DNA of 64,000 nucleotides, taken from assembly GCA_951406725.2 (NCBI GenBank), contig OX597819.1, positions 117,304,001 through 117,368,000 on the forward strand. Reading direction: 5' to 3'. Below are positions 37,872 through 52,955 of the stretch, in pieces. Origin of the DNA: Octopus vulgaris. Its lineage: Eukaryota. The translations under genes were made by a program, and so were the position numbers. A model generated the notes under the pieces. The model was not told the DNA's origin, did no database searches, and saw only the letters and a program-made list of their open reading frames with translations. Position 1 is the stretch's first letter, and every line of letters starts with the position of its first letter.

Positions 37872-38963
37872 ATATGCAAATAGGCTTATATGTGTACAGG
37901 ATATTACCAAGTGTAAACCATAAAATACTAAAACAAATAAGTTAAATAAGCAAACGATGAAAGGTAAAAAGGGAAAACAAGATAAGTAATACAAAGAATA
38001 CAAAGAACGATGCTTCGTCGGTTGTAGGCTGCCCGTCTGCTCCCCATTTCGAGCAATCAACAAAAATATGAGTCTTCGAATGCAGTTGCTCCAGTAATAC
38101 CAAAATATAATTTGGGATTTATGGAGGTTCAAAGTTGGGAACAAAAATAGGACATTGGGGACATACAAGGAAACCGAACGAAAAGAAACGTGGAGGGTCG
38201 TTAGACCAGAACGAGGGGAAACTATTGAACGCCGAGAGAAATATTTTGTCTGAAAAAAGAAACAGATAGAAGAGAGAGATTCGAGACGTCCTTACAGGAA
38301 AAGAAATACGGTCGCGTTGGGAAAAGTATGATGGACGATGGTCACGTGTGAGCAACGAGTGAAAAAAGTAGACGCGGAAAGAAAGCCAGATAGAAATTGA
38401 AACATATATGTATGCATATTAATATACATTTAATATTAGGAAGGATAAGACATCGAAATATTTATATATAAGTGTGCGTTTGTGTGCACATGCGTATGAA
38501 TAAGATGCCAGATTTCTTTCCACCGTAAGTAAGAGCTGAATATATATTAAGTGATTATCTCCAATACGTTATATTATTGCAGTGAATCTAGTGGAAATTT
38601 GTATGTATATACATAATCGGTCGAATCAATCATGAAAACAACTCATTAGAATAGATTTTAACAGTAATGCCGTATGTAAACTACTACTATCAAAATTTCC
38701 TTGTGTAGGAATGAACATAATTTATTCTATTACTAGCTAATTAAGGCACACTTACAAAATAAACTTAAATTTAGTTAATTAAAAGGAAAAGATTTTAAAG
38801 GCGTGTTATACAAGGTGCACACACACACACATATATATATATATACACGCACACACACATATATGGTAAGGCATATAGATAGTTAGATTGATTGATTGAT
38901 AGACAGATATGGATAGATACATAGATAGATAATAGATATATATATATAAATATATAGACACAT

Positions 38964-39025
<62 letters not shown>

Positions 39026-39383
39026 AAGACAAAAGGATTAAAAATTTGATATATATATATATATATATATAAATATGTGACTGTGTAAAGAAAGCGAGAG
39101 AGGAGGGGTTGTTATTGCTAGATAGTCTGGGAGTGACATAGATATTTCTTTTTTCTTTGTTTCAGCTCAGAGCTGCGGCCATGCTGATTCACCGCCATAT
39201 GTAAAATAGGAATGTGTTTAAAGAATGTAATCAAGTGAAGTCGAATGAGAATGTTTTAACTAAGAAGCTAAATCCTCCGAACAAGCTTCACCATGATGAG
39301 TAAAGGAGAACCAAATTCAATGAAAGAATACTATGACAGGAGAAACTATTTTCAATAATGACTACACACCAAGAGTAAAATAA

Positions 39384-39602
39384 TACCTATTTCTTTATTA
39401 CTCACAAGGGGCTAAACACAGAAGGGACAAACAAGGACAGACATAGGTATTAAGTCGATTACATCGACCCCAGTGCGTAACTGGTACTTAATTTACCGAC
39501 CCCGAATGGATGAAAGGCAAAGTCGACCTCGGCGGAATTTGAACTCACAACGAAACAGCAGACAAAATACCGCTAGGCATTTCGTCCGGCGTGCTAACGT
39601 TT
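39384..39602 (-). mobile_element. SINE family B (tail variant b)
   Basis: Same core and tail as 36537-36773; head abuts the Helitron. Confidence 0.9.
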
Positions 39603-39964
39603 CTCTCTATATATAGACAGCAAAATTTCTGCGCGCGTGTCCATTGTACAAATCCACAATTTTTCAGTTAGAGGGCTCGCACTTTCTGTGGTCATTCAAA
39701 ACCGGCCAAGGGTGGTCGTGCACATCTTTACATTTCCGCAGTCACCACGTAAAGCTATTAAAAAATCAATAGAAGTGACTTTTTTGTGAATTTTCTATCC
39801 AAAACCCAATCAAAATGCCCGAAACTTGATAGGCTAATTGAATGCCACCTAGTTGTATGTGATTGGTGGAGATTTGGACAGTACTCGCGTGTATGCGCGC
39901 ACACACTCAGCTGTATATGTAAGCACTAGCACTATGGCCCAGCAACGCCGGGTCATAGTGCTAG
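39602..39964 (+). mobile_element. Non-autonomous Helitron-like element
   Basis: 5' tctctctatatatag; 3' GC hairpin ggcccagcaacgccgggtc a few nt before CTAG|T. Confidence 0.7.
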
Positions 39965-40682
39965 TATATTTTAATCTGAAAGATGGATCACAGACGCATT
40001 TGAAACCAGGAGAGCCCTTTACAATAGATAATTATTCGAATGTTCAACGGACAATGTAATGTATTTATTAACATGGTGAGTACGTTTCCTAGCAATACAT
40101 TAGAGATAAGAAGTAAAGTTCTGCGTTAACAAATGATCCTGCATAGCCAGTGAATTGATATATGAGAATACGGGAAAATAGGGCCCAATTAAAATATAGA
40201 TGTATGGGCAGGTAAGAAACAGCCTAAATTTAGGTTTTCTTGTCTATAATTTTTTTGATAAAGCAACTCAACGCCATTGCAATTATAAAGTAATATACTT
40301 TATTAGCAAGTACTAACCAAGTCTATATGACTGTGGTGGAGAAAAAATAGACAATAGCCACCACTAACAATACTGCAGCAACACTTACAGGAGCCATACG
40401 ACGAATAGTAATATGTAATACACGATCAACTGCTATAAGACAATATCAGATATACTACTAACGAGATGAAATATATTTATAAGCAACTGTGAAACCTAAC
40501 TGCTGCTGCTTCCTTCTCACAACACTTACAGACCTACATCTTACCACGTTCATTGAGAGGCTATTGCTGCTAACTGGCTGCAAACGTGAACTTCCGACAC
40601 TGTTATTATGATTGTCTAATTCAATTTAAATTAATTCAGTTTTAATAAATCTCCGAACGAGATGTAAACAGTAACCGCACAA

Positions 40683-40945
40683 CAACGTAAAGTGTACTAG
40701 CCATCTGAGTGTGGCTAGCCACTGGGGGTGGGTGTTACTGACGCTTTTAGCCCCAGGAGATCGACGTCTCCAGCTGGCCTTAGACACAATTTCTGTGCCC
40801 TTATGATATTTGCAAAGGGAGGTCATCCTCCCTCGAAAACCTAAGTGATACATACGGACTATAGTTTCAAGGTTTTTGCCTCTCGTCAAAGTAACACCCA
40901 CCCCAGTGGCTAGCCACATTCGGATGGCTAGTACACTTTACGTTA
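40683..40945. repeat. Fold-back / MITE-like element with ~55-bp arms
   Basis: aacgtaaagtgtactagccatctgagtgtggctagccactgggggtgggtgttac versus gtaacacccaccccagtggctagccacattcggatggctagtacactttacgtt. Confidence 0.88.
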
Positions 40946-41339
40946 ATTCAGTTTGTTTTCCATCTATTCCAGCATCTTTATACAATGGCTTTATATCACA
41001 TCTAAAGTGGTCTTTACACAATGGCTAAAACTCGTAGCTCCTTATTTAAAAGAAAAATACGTAATGTCGTTCCGTTTTGAAAGAATTTTATTTTCATTTT
41101 TCTGGATATATTTCTCGTGTGAAAACGAGTGTGATATCATAGAACAACAGAATAAACTAAGCGGAGCAGGAGTAGGAGCACAAACGAGGACGGAAAGCGT
41201 CGTTGAAGAGGTCATAGATGAGTGACGAAAGATTTCCGGACAATGGATGTGAGTTAAAATAACAACAGTAATGAACGCGTGAAGAACGAATATATGGTGC
41301 GTATGTTTATTTGGGAAAATTTTTTAAAAAATGAATAGA

Positions 41340-41550
41340 GATGCAATGGCCTAGTGATTAGAGCAGCGGACTCGCGGTGATAGGATCGCGGCTTCGATTC
41401 CCAGACCGGGCGTTGTGAGTGTTTATTGAGCGAAAACACTTGAAGCTCCACAAGGCTCCGGTGGGGTGTGGCAGCGAACCCTGCTGTACTCAAATAAAGG
41501 TGGTGCTCCAGCAAGGCCACATTCAAATGACTGAAACAAGCACAAGAGAC
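41340..41550 (+). mobile_element. SINE chimera: family C head joined to family A tail
   Basis: gcaatggcctagtgattagagcagcggactcgcgg...ccctgctgtact then aaggtggtgctccagcaaggcc...aaatgactgaaacaag. Confidence 0.75.
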
Positions 41551-42127
41551 ATAAAAGTGATAGATAAGAGACCAAAAGGAAAATGACTATCCTGAAATAA
41601 AACAGTATCTGTTCCGATACATAGTTTTACATAAGAAAACTTGCAACACAGATTCATAATCACACCCACAGGCAAACACACAAACACACACTCACACACT
41701 CACACTCACGCACTCGCACACATACACATATATACACATACACTCACACACATATTTATATATACACACAGATATATATACTGTCATCGAACAGTGTAAT
41801 TTAGAGCCCAATATCGCATTGCTGGATATATACTATTTTTATTATGGAGTTAACACAGCAATTAATAGTTTCATGTGAAGATATGCTCACCATTGTTCAA
41901 GCATGCCCCACACACACACACCCACATGTTATACATATATATCTATAAAGACAACGACACGCACGAGCAAACACACATACTCACACATATACGCTCATCT
42001 GCCCTCTAAGAGAAAAACCAATACACCCATCTTTATTTCATCAAGTCCTCAATTTTTTTTTATAATTGATATCTATTCATATGAAAATATAAAATGAAAC
42101 AAATATCCGTCTATTCATAAATAGATC

Positions 42128-42346
<219 letters not shown>

Positions 42347-43632
42347 CGTTAAAAGGAGGACTGGGCATGCCGTGGTTGATGATTTGCAGACACGCGCTGA
42401 GACTGCGACATCTCAGGCCCTTCGCAGACGACGATGAACAGGTGTGGTCGCCGTTTGTGAGGCACGCTCTCCCGCAGCTCGTCTCCATGACCGAACTGCA
42501 ATCGTGGATCAAAAAGAGGCCGAGAAAGGGCGAATGGCACCGCGAGTGTCGCGTTGCTCTCAAGCAACTCTGCCGTCCTGGGTCAAAGCATTCTATAGGG
42601 GTTTAGTGGAGGGGATGTACGACGACGAGCTCGGGGCGAACCTGGACGTCGACGAGGAATACCTGACCCGCCTGTTCGGGACGACTTTCGGGCCAGGGCC
42701 CATGGACAACTTCCAGAGATCCCTGGCCTGGCAGTGCTACCGAGAAGCGCTACCCGTTCGGGATAAGCTCTACAGACACGGCTCGAGAAACACGGGGCCG
42801 ACCTGCCCGAGATGCGGTCAGAGCGACGAAACCGTTCTGCACGCACTCGTGCAGTGTCCAACAATTTCCGACCTGTGGGCTTATGTCGAAAAAATGCTGT
42901 CACGTGTGGGACGAGTCGGTTTATCAGCTGAGTCTATCGTCAATATTGTCACGCCTCCTTCCTTCAAACGGGAAGGAAGAGCTATTTTCATCATCCTTGT
43001 GGCTATGGCGAAAGAATGTATCTGGTGGACACGTCTGAAAGGATTGGAGACAAACACTTTCCTCTCTGGTCAACCTCTCATCAACTTCTTCAAGTACCAC
43101 GTGAAAAGGAAAGTGAGAGTAGAGAGGCAAGTTTTGTCTAGTGAACGTTTTAAAAAAGATGGGTGAATGTAGCAAGGACGGCACCTTGAGCATAATCCTA
43201 TGAACCCAGAAATTGAAAACAGAGGGTTACCCACTTGCAAACAAATGTAGTAACATATAACAATATTGACCAAGGTTACCGTGGTCTTTTTCGTAGGCTT
43301 GTCTTCCCACGGATAAACCTTATTTGCTTTCCCCTTTACAACATACATCATGACACTGTGATACACGATCCCTATTGATCGTTTTTTTTTCCTTTTCCCC
43401 TTTTTTCCTCTTTTTTCTTCTTTATCATTTTCTTTTCTTTTGTTCCTTTTCCCTTTTTTCCTTTTTTTCTTTTCCTTTTTTTCCTTTTTTTCTTTTTCCT
43501 TGTTCTTTTTTTCCTTTTACGATCCCTTTTGATGGAAAACCTACGCCACCTTTTTTTTCTCCTCCAAAAGAAAAGCTCTACCTTGTAACTTGTCCCATCT
43601 GTGTGCAGCCCCGTGTGGCCAATAAAGAAACT
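42347..43632 (+). mobile_element. 5'-truncated L1/Tx1-clade LINE (ORF2 C-terminus with zf-RVT, 3' UTR)
   Basis: GGLGMP motif and CPRCGQSDETVLHALVQC zinc finger in ORFs 42367 and 42444; pyrimidine-rich UTR; aataaa at the end; candidate TSD tatctacctatc at 42335-42346 and 43633-43644. Confidence 0.88.
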
Positions 43633-43925
<293 letters not shown>

Positions 43926-46429
43926 TGTGTATCTTTATGTATTTGTATATTTTTCTATCTTTTTTACGTATGTTCTTCATTGATTGTATCTGCGTGTGGG
44001 AATGCGTTTGTAAGGTTATTTTTGTGTGTGATTAGGTTTAATCTGTTTGTGACTATGAGCAATGTACTCACAGAAGCCTGATAATGGTAAACCACCGAAG
44101 AATGATAGCAATAAAGATGTAGTATTCTTGTGAATGAGTGTATATTATTTGAAATAAACCATAACCTTATACATTTTTCTTCGCCTCATAAGAAGACTAT
44201 TTAATCTTCATAAAATTTTACTAGTTTTTCAAATCAATAACGAAACGAATATTACGACTCGTATTATTTTAGGTAGACCGTTTATTTGATGTAAATGTAT
44301 GTTCAGTTGAATTTGAATAATCAATGAAATTATCATACAACAAAATGGATTTCCATTGTTAATATATTCGGTGTTTATGACAGCTGCCAGTAAAGTGTCA
44401 GCTGATGGACACTTTACGATACTTTATCACACTAAGACGCAAGATTTCACCTTAGACGCATAATGAGCTAACATTACAAGTTCAAAGAAAGAAAAAAATT
44501 CTCTTTTGTGAAACGAAATCGTTGAATAATTAACTCGAGCATCTCAGTGAGTGGACCGTATGTATACTGAAGGTGCCGCTGCTTTCATTCGCAAGACCAA
44601 ATGACCTGTGAAGTGGTGTTGTAGTATATAAACTATTTCCGTGATTATTACTCTTCATTTCTATTCATTCACACAAAACGTCATGTTTTGTATATATAAT
44701 GGATATTTGTGATGTTAGCCATTTCTATAACAACGCCGGTTTAGAGGAACGTGAAGAAAGTTTTGCCTTTATACAAGGCAATTTCTTTGCGCCACCACAC
44801 ACTTTCTGATCTATAACCAAGTTATCTGTAGCGCCCATTATCTAGTCACACGTGCGAAGTGACATGTTCTACATGCAAAGAAAGAAAAGAGAAAACGTAC
44901 ACAATTAGATACCAATAACTGAGATTGCTAACACTTATTGTTTTATAGTAAACTTTCGAAATAACCGCATTTTCTTTGAACGAAAAAAGGAATTGGTTTA
45001 AGTTTCTTATAATAAAATCATTATATATGATTTGTTTTCATTACCTATTCGAATGAAATATAAGGTCGATTGAACTTTAAAACAGCTTACGACAGCAATG
45101 CTAATGAATCACACGTTAGTTTTTGCAGAGCAGACAATTACAATCTCTGTTGTTAAGCCTGGAAATCCCTGATGATATTTCTTTTACAGCTGAGCCTATG
45201 AGGAATAAAAAATCCTACGACTAACTTGTCGTATCATAACCAGACAATAACAATTTACTTCTGATCAATGATTTAGTGTCTAGAACCATCATTTAAAACC
45301 ACTAGAGTATTAATTTTATTGGAATTTTATATTGCGAAGTTGAAGTCATTTGGACCATGACAATCCTCCTACGAATCAAGGTTCAAAAGTTAAAGACATT
45401 TAAGGGTTAGTCACTTTCATTTTCGTCCACTTAAGGAATCGTGTTCCTTAAATTGATTTCCCCTCTGATGGAGACCGGGTTGCTACGAAGAACACATCCA
45501 TTGACAAATCAATATTGTTATTTTAAAATTTTCTAGGGATTCCCATTTAGCAATACCCGAGTCATTGGACACTTAGTACAAGTGATCTGTAAATGCTTTG
45601 GTATTTTGTTTTCCACTAGCTTTCTTATGTATAATGCACCCCCTATTGAAGTCCTTATAAATCTTTCAGTCTGGCATAGAAGCTGCACATTAGGGTAGAG
45701 CGAAAAAGGTACTTTTTGCACAGATTTTCAAAATATGTTGTCTTTTTTTATGCGAGTTTCTTTTAAACCAACTGTGTTAAAATCTGAAGTACTTAACTTC
45801 ATTTCTGCAGGCTGCGCAGCCCACTTGAAATTTTGAATAATGAGCGAAAAATCAATTTATAACACGTTTGCCGTTCCTCATTTTATTTTTTAAATTCATT
45901 GTTACGAATCCATATTCTGTGGCAAAACCCTTTGAAAACAAGAGCTAAAACCTCAAACTGCTCTTCAATTTATATCTTCAAGCTTCGCGATGCTCTTGAA
46001 ATTTCGAAATTATATGAAATGAATAAACTTTGCGACTTTGTTTTCATTATTATTTTTAATACTAGATCACTGAATATGTGTTACATGAGGCCTAGATTAC
46101 ACACACATTAAAATATACTTATGTATACACCAATTTTTAATCCGTGAATCATGTTGGTGATAAAAATAATTAACATTTCTGATTCATTCGAAATAATTCC
46201 ATGTAACAAAATAGTACGAATCGTTGTAGTGCATTCCTTTTCATTCCAGTAATAAAGCCAATTAATTTTTGCGTTGACGAGAATTAGCATCTCACTCCGA
46301 AATAAAGAAAAGAACTGTCAAAGATTTGCTGTTCTGGGAATTCCTAAAAATGAGATAATGCTAATTGTTTGTTGTGTTCAAAGTAGCTGAAAGTAATGAA
46401 TTCCAATTAAATATTCTGTATTACCTTTC

Positions 46430-48500
46430 AATTTGAAATCCTTTTTTAGTCTTGAACAATGCTTTTTTTTTTCTCTTGATTCTATTTGACTCCTAATAAA
46501 ATCGTCTCGACTCTTCTCACTACAAACATTAGATGATGATTCTGTCAGGACATTTTACGCATCAATCCACAGCTTGAGTGTGGCTCAGTAGTTCTCGGAT
46601 GCTAGTTCTCGAATGTGGCTTCGTCCATCGTTTATCATAGGCAGTAAGATATGTTCTAGGTGCATGAAGAAAACATTCCGTTGTATAACTGGAAATACAA
46701 AGTCTTGTACTGCTTGATCCATTTCTCTCAAAGACTCTGTCGTCTCGAACACATTTAGAGCCCCATTTTCCGGGGAAGAGTTGCGTTTATTTGTGAACCA
46801 CATTCGCACATAAACGTGTATTATGTAAGCAAAGATTAATTTCCTCCTGTTTTAAGAATACTCGGTGATAGCATACAACCCCAGCATACGATCTCCAGTT
46901 GTAACTCATAGAGAATGCGCCATTTTACAGGGATACCTTAATACCATTTCAGATTATCATTTCCCTTCAGAAATAGACTGGTAGATTTCAACAAGGCATA
47001 TTTGATCAGTGCTGAGATCGTTTCTGTCTACTGATGGTAAGTCCGTGGAATCTGAGTAAATTTCACATGCTTAGTTTTTCACATCGCTCCAGTCTCTTAT
47101 CAATCGGGCCAAAAAATCCACGATGCTCGGTAGTTGTTCCGTCGAAATCGTTAAGAATATGGCATAACGGAAGTTCATTTGCGTGAAGCTGACACGCAAA
47201 CCGATGCAATGGCTTCTTCAATTTATCCTCCAAAAGTCTAATGGTGCCTCCTTTTCGTCCTGTATTGTCTGCAGTACCATCGTAACCTACAACTACCATG
47301 TGGTTACTATCTTATTGGTTTCCAAATAGTTCAACAAACCATTGGAAATGAGTTTGCAGACCGATTTTAACAACTAATTCCCCAAGATAGCGGGGCTCGG
47401 GTTCTCCCACCAATGAAATGGATTATCTTGAATTGTTTTCTTACGAAATATTTTCCGATTTGTTCACTGAGAGGGTTGTGCCCCTCTTTCCATCAAAATA
47501 CATGGCAGACAATGGTTTCTGTGGCCTACCATCCTGCTGCAGTAATTTACGTTTTCTGGATCATTCCTGTCTTGCCTTCGATCTGTCTACAACGAAAGAA
47601 CATTCACCAGATGTACTTTCAATTAAGTCGCTGATCAACGAACTTGTGTGAAGAGCAGCAGCACGGTTTGACACACCGGTGCGGTCACAGGTAGAAGCTA
47701 GTTCTAGGAAATTCATTCATTTTATTGGTATTTTTGAACTTACGTTTTTGCTGACGCCTTTTCGTTTCATAGCAAATGGGATTGGAACATCTTCAGCTTC
47801 GGCAGCTGATACATTTCCAGCTATCAGCTCAGAATCCTTTGCTGATGTACAAGAGCGACTGTGATTTGATCCATTCTTTCTAATCAACCTCTGATCATTC
47901 TCTTTAGATACTGCTTGATCTATTCTGCCGATGATCATTTTTCGATTTGTCCGTTGATCCTGTATAAAATCCTATTCACTCTGATGTACATTTTGTCTCT
48001 ACTACAACTGCACTTTTTAAAGGAGTTGCAAATGAAATGTCAAATAAATATTTTGTTGCATTGTTGTTAAACACATTTCACTTTGTTTGAAACGATAGCA
48101 TATTTTTCCTAATTTTCACAGATCTTAGTAATGTTTGGTACTTTAGATAAAAGTCTAAGATTTTCGATTTAACTGACCAAGTCGTAACACAAGCGATGAA
48201 TGCCTTTTGCCAAAGAAGTATCTTTTCTGTTACAATCTTGACAAATTGTTTAATTGAAGGATCTTAACAACATTTTTTTCTTTTTCTCGTTCAAATAAAA
48301 CACATTTTAGCACGCCCCTCCAGAAATAGACTGGTGGATATCAATAAGGTATTTTTGATCAGTGCTGAGATCGTTTCTCTCTACTGATGGGATCTGATTA
48401 TATTTCACAACGCTTAGTGTTTCACATCGCTCCAGTCTCCAATGAATCAGGCCAAAATTCCTCGAGGCACGATGGTTTTTCCGTCGAGATCGTTAATAAG
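46430..48500 (-). mobile_element. Decayed DDE DNA transposon, hAT-like (hATm-type motifs)
   Basis: DGTADNTGRKGGTIRLLEDKLKKPL...CQLHANELPL (CxxH), PVIQRNVFFMHLEHILL and MIIGRID fragments; 48321-48500 is a diverged repeat of 46968-47155. Superfamily call is from motif memory. Confidence 0.7.
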
Positions 48501-49920
48501 ATGGGCTTTCAATATCATGACGAGTTATTGGCTTGTGAGTCTTTACTAAATGTAAAAACACTAAATTTAACACCATTAATTTCAATACAATGGCCTAAGT
48601 TCAAGGTACAAAGCAGAATACTTCACACATGTGGGAAGTAGGTCCGCACGCAACGAACGTTGCTGCGACACTGGAGAGAAATTCACATTCCCGTTCTATT
48701 TATAGTCAATGCGGAACACCATGATATTAGTAAATTGTATTGAACTTTGGTATGCCACCACTAATGGATACTATATTTACTGTTTTGCATTCTGCTATGT
48801 AGCAATATGTATTCGTATGAAATGTAAATTTCCACTTATAATAGTGATCTAAATAATTTTTAATTGCGTTGCGGAGCCTAAAACAAGTATTTCACCGAAA
48901 AGTTCTTTATACACTTATCCGTTAACTCTAATTCGCAACGAAATATCGACTCTTGATTACCAATTTCGAAAGTTGCATTCTTTGGTCTACCATACTGCTC
49001 ATATCAGTGAAAATAGTCACGGATCTTTCCTAACTAGCTATCTTACCGTTGCCTATGTTAAATTGTAGTCTTTTTAAGTATCTCTGAATTTCAGCAATTT
49101 GAACGACTCCTCAAAGACTGGAGCCATTTTCTGCTGGATTGGTTACGTAACTTCAACAGTTATGCAATTGTGGTTTTTATGAAATCATTTCAGTCTTCAT
49201 GTCTCCTCATTCCTTTTCCTAACACTTCTGTTCGTATGCTCCCTCTCTTCTGTAAAACAAACCAGTTTATACTCGTGGACTTCGATACATTATCCATATC
49301 GATGACTTTTATACTTCTTGTTTTCTTTCCTTCTTACCACGCAGTTTTTCTCATTTAGTCTTTAACATCAATGACTGGACGAGAAAACTCATAAGCAGAG
49401 ATCTGCCAATGGTAATACATAATCTATCGAAGTTGGATTTATTATGAATTTATTGTAGCAACAATGTAAATGGAAAAGCACACCGTCACCCTCTTTCTTT
49501 TTCTCTCCACTTTAAGTATACCACCTCGTATATTTGATACTTTCATATTCAAGCAATTCAAGTGTATCGATGCTCATGTTGTATATTTTTTACTCACGAG
49601 TTCCACGGAAGCAGTACTATACCAGAGTTGAAGCGACCATTCCTCAGTGAAGTAATTTTCTAACAGTCTAAAGGGTTACACTTGGTGTTTCCGAGTAAAT
49701 TTTCCGCAATTTTTCCAATTGATCAGGCAACGAGTTGGATCATTGTTAAACTGAAAAGCAATCGCTTTGGTATATATTTTTACCTATTTGACATTCAGAC
49801 ATAGAAATTTAGCAGAGGTTTTGTTTACTAATAGCAAACATTGCAAATATCTAATTGCTATCCCTAGCAGATCTCTGTTTATGAGTTCCCTGGAATGATA
49901 AGTACAAAAATATCTGTTTG

Positions 49921-50053
<133 letters not shown>

Positions 50054-50124
50054 TGTATATATATACAAAACATTAGGCTTATCATCTAGATCGGAATTCT
50101 GTGTAAAAACGATATAAACAGACA

Positions 50125-50291
50125 TAGGCGCAGGAGTGGCAGTGTGGTAAGTAGCTTGTTTACCAACCACATTGTTCCGGGTTCAGTCCCACTGCGTGGC
50201 ACCTTGGGCAACTGTCTTCTACTATAGCCTCGGGCCGACCAAAGCCTTGTGAGTGGATTTGGTAGACGGAAACTGAAAGAAGCCTGTCGTA

Positions 50292-50336
<45 letters not shown>

Positions 50337-50552
50337 TTGTGTGTCTGTGTTTATCCCCCTAGTATTGCTTGACAACCGATGGTGGTGTTTTTATGTCGCC
50401 GTCACTTAGCGGTTCGGCAAAAGAGACCGATAGAATAAGTACTGGGCTTACATAGAATAAGTCCCGGGGTCGAGTTGCTCGACTAAAGGCGGTGCTCCAG
50501 CATGGCCGCAGTCAAATGACTGAAACAAGTAAAAGAGTAAAAGAGTAAAAGA
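50125..50552 (+). mobile_element. SINE family A, full-length reference copy
   Basis: A-box-like gtggcagtgtgg, B-box-like ggttcagtccc, CORE-like accttgggcaa, internal (TA)n(TG)n, tail (agtaaaag)n. Confidence 0.93.
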
Positions 50553-51374
50553 GACTATGCTTATTCTAAGGGAAGGGCAGTAGCAAGTAAACGTGTTGTG
50601 GTAATTGACGGGATGAGGTGGGGGTCAGATACGGAGAAAAATGTTCGAGGTCATTTGAGATCGTAGTGTGTGGAATAAATGTCAACTACCAGTGAATTGG
50701 AATGCGTCTCTAATGCCTTGTAAATGAGAATACGATAGTAAAATAAAACACTATCAGAGACACATATGAAGGCTTTAAATTGTTTCAGGCTATATTTTTG
50801 ATACTACAGGGAGATAATTAAATTATATGAAATCGTAATAAAATAAAACGAATTCAAGTGATAATTATAGCATTTTAAGATTTGTAGCTGAAATCGTAAA
50901 TTTCGCTCATGCTTTTAGCAATATATTTGATTGTCGGGAAATTGGAGAGCTGAACAGTAAAATAAATTTACAAGGATTAACCAATCTGTATTTTAGACTT
51001 ACTAACACGGCCCATCTTCAAAGATGGGATTACCCACTTAATTGATACAAGTTCTAAGGGAGATTGTTCACGTAATGAGTAGAGCAAATTTTAAGCCAGA
51101 ATCACAAATAAGCCATGCGCCTCCATCCTGAAGAATACTTGGATACTCGAGGCACGTTCTAACAAATCTACCTAATCACGTGTCTCAGTGGCAAAAAACA
51201 TTAGTGGCTCTGATTTTAATAGAGGTATACAAGAAGGGAATACATTTTGTTGATCCTATCTTAACAGAACGACACACTACACTCACGTACGCAAACGCAT
51301 ACGCACACACATACACACACATACAAACACTCACACACACACGCGCGAAAATTTAGTCTATAAAAATGTTCAAC

Positions 51375-51660
51375 GGCGATGGGCTGGCAGACTCGTTAGG
51401 ACGCTTGACGAAATGCTTAGCAGTATCTTACCCGTCGCTACGCCCTGAGTTCAAATTCCGCCGATGTCGATTTTGCAGTTCCATCTTTTCAGGCGCAGGA
51501 GTGGCTGTCTGGTAGGTAGTTTATTTACAAACCACATGGTTCTGGGTTCAGTCCCGCTGCGTGGCATCTTGGGCAAGTGACTTCTACTATAGCCTTGGGC
51601 TGACCAAAGACTCGTGAGTGTATTTGGTAGATGGAAACTGAAAAAGCCCATCGTATATAA

Positions 51661-51697
<37 letters not shown>

Positions 51698-51900
51698 TGT
51701 GGGTGTGTTTGGCAGCCAACATCGCATGACAACCGATGCTGGTGTGTTTACGTCCCCTTAACCTAGCGGATCGGCAAAAGGGAAGGATAAAATAAGTACG
51801 AGGCTTACATAGAATAAGTCCTGAGGGGCGATTTCTTCGACTAAAGGCAGTGCTCCAGCATGGCCGCTCTCAAATTACTGAAACAAGTAAAAGAAAAATA
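51375..51900 (+). mobile_element. SINE family B head followed by a family A copy (from ~51491)
   Basis: gagttcaaattccgccg...ccatcttttc then aggcgcaggagtggctgtctggtagg. Confidence 0.85.
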
Positions 51901-52454
51901 AAAAGGGCAAACTGGAGGGTTACTCAATACATTCTAGTAGAATATATTATTGAAATTAGGGGGAAATTCTAGACGATGATTTTCAAGTTTCGGCTCACTC
52001 TCCATTCATCAGAGATGTGTATATGCATATGCATGTGATATGTGCGTGCGTCAGTGGTCGTGTATTTCTATGATTTCTTTTATAATACATTTTTATAATA
52101 CATCTTTTATAATATACCTTTATTATACTTCTTCACATAAATGTGTATGTATTTTTATATAACCCAAATTTTATATTTAAATAAAGCGTACGTATATTAA
52201 TTATCTATGAACTGGCATTATGTTCAACCAATCGAAAGAAATGAATGGCTTGGGGTGTTTCAAAATATTTGTATTAAAAACCTCGACTCTCCATTTTAAC
52301 GGGCAAAGGGAAAGAATGAAAGCTCAGTAACGCATTTGAAAGCTTGAGACTCAAATGTGTATTAGGAATAAAAAACTTGCGTTTGTATTTGTGCATGTTT
52401 GTGAGAAAGCAGATATGTAAGTGTGTATATGTGTATGCATGTTTTTGTGTCTTT

Positions 52455-52506
<52 letters not shown>

Positions 52507-52637
52507 TTACTTAATATATATACATATATATTTATATATTTGCATACGAACCAGAAAGTTACTGTTATTTGTTTGTATCTAAAAATTGTCGCTCCAAATC
52601 GGAAAATATATATTATTATGATATATTATTATACAGT

Positions 52638-52671
<34 letters not shown>

Positions 52672-52903
52672 CATACGTATGTGTATGTATGCCTGTGTTT
52701 GCTTTGTGTGTGCGTTTGTATGTGTGTGTATATATTTGTGTGTTGAATATGCATATATATTCTTTATATACATACGTAGCGGTTTTGCTACGTTTATATA
52801 ATCACAATGATTTCAAATTGACAGATTGTTTATATATTAAATTGATATCAATCAACTGAAAGTTCACCAGGGATTTATGCCTATTAAACATTTAAATGAT
52901 AGT

Positions 52904-52955
<52 letters not shown>

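Noticed and set aside
45691-45720. tagggtagagcgaaaa as a TIR of the hAT-like relic
   Set aside because: No matching inverted end or TSD found near 48.5-49 kb.
51975-52020. Minus-strand ctgatga...gccgaaac
   Set aside because: Stems I and II do not pair convincingly; at best a very old relic.
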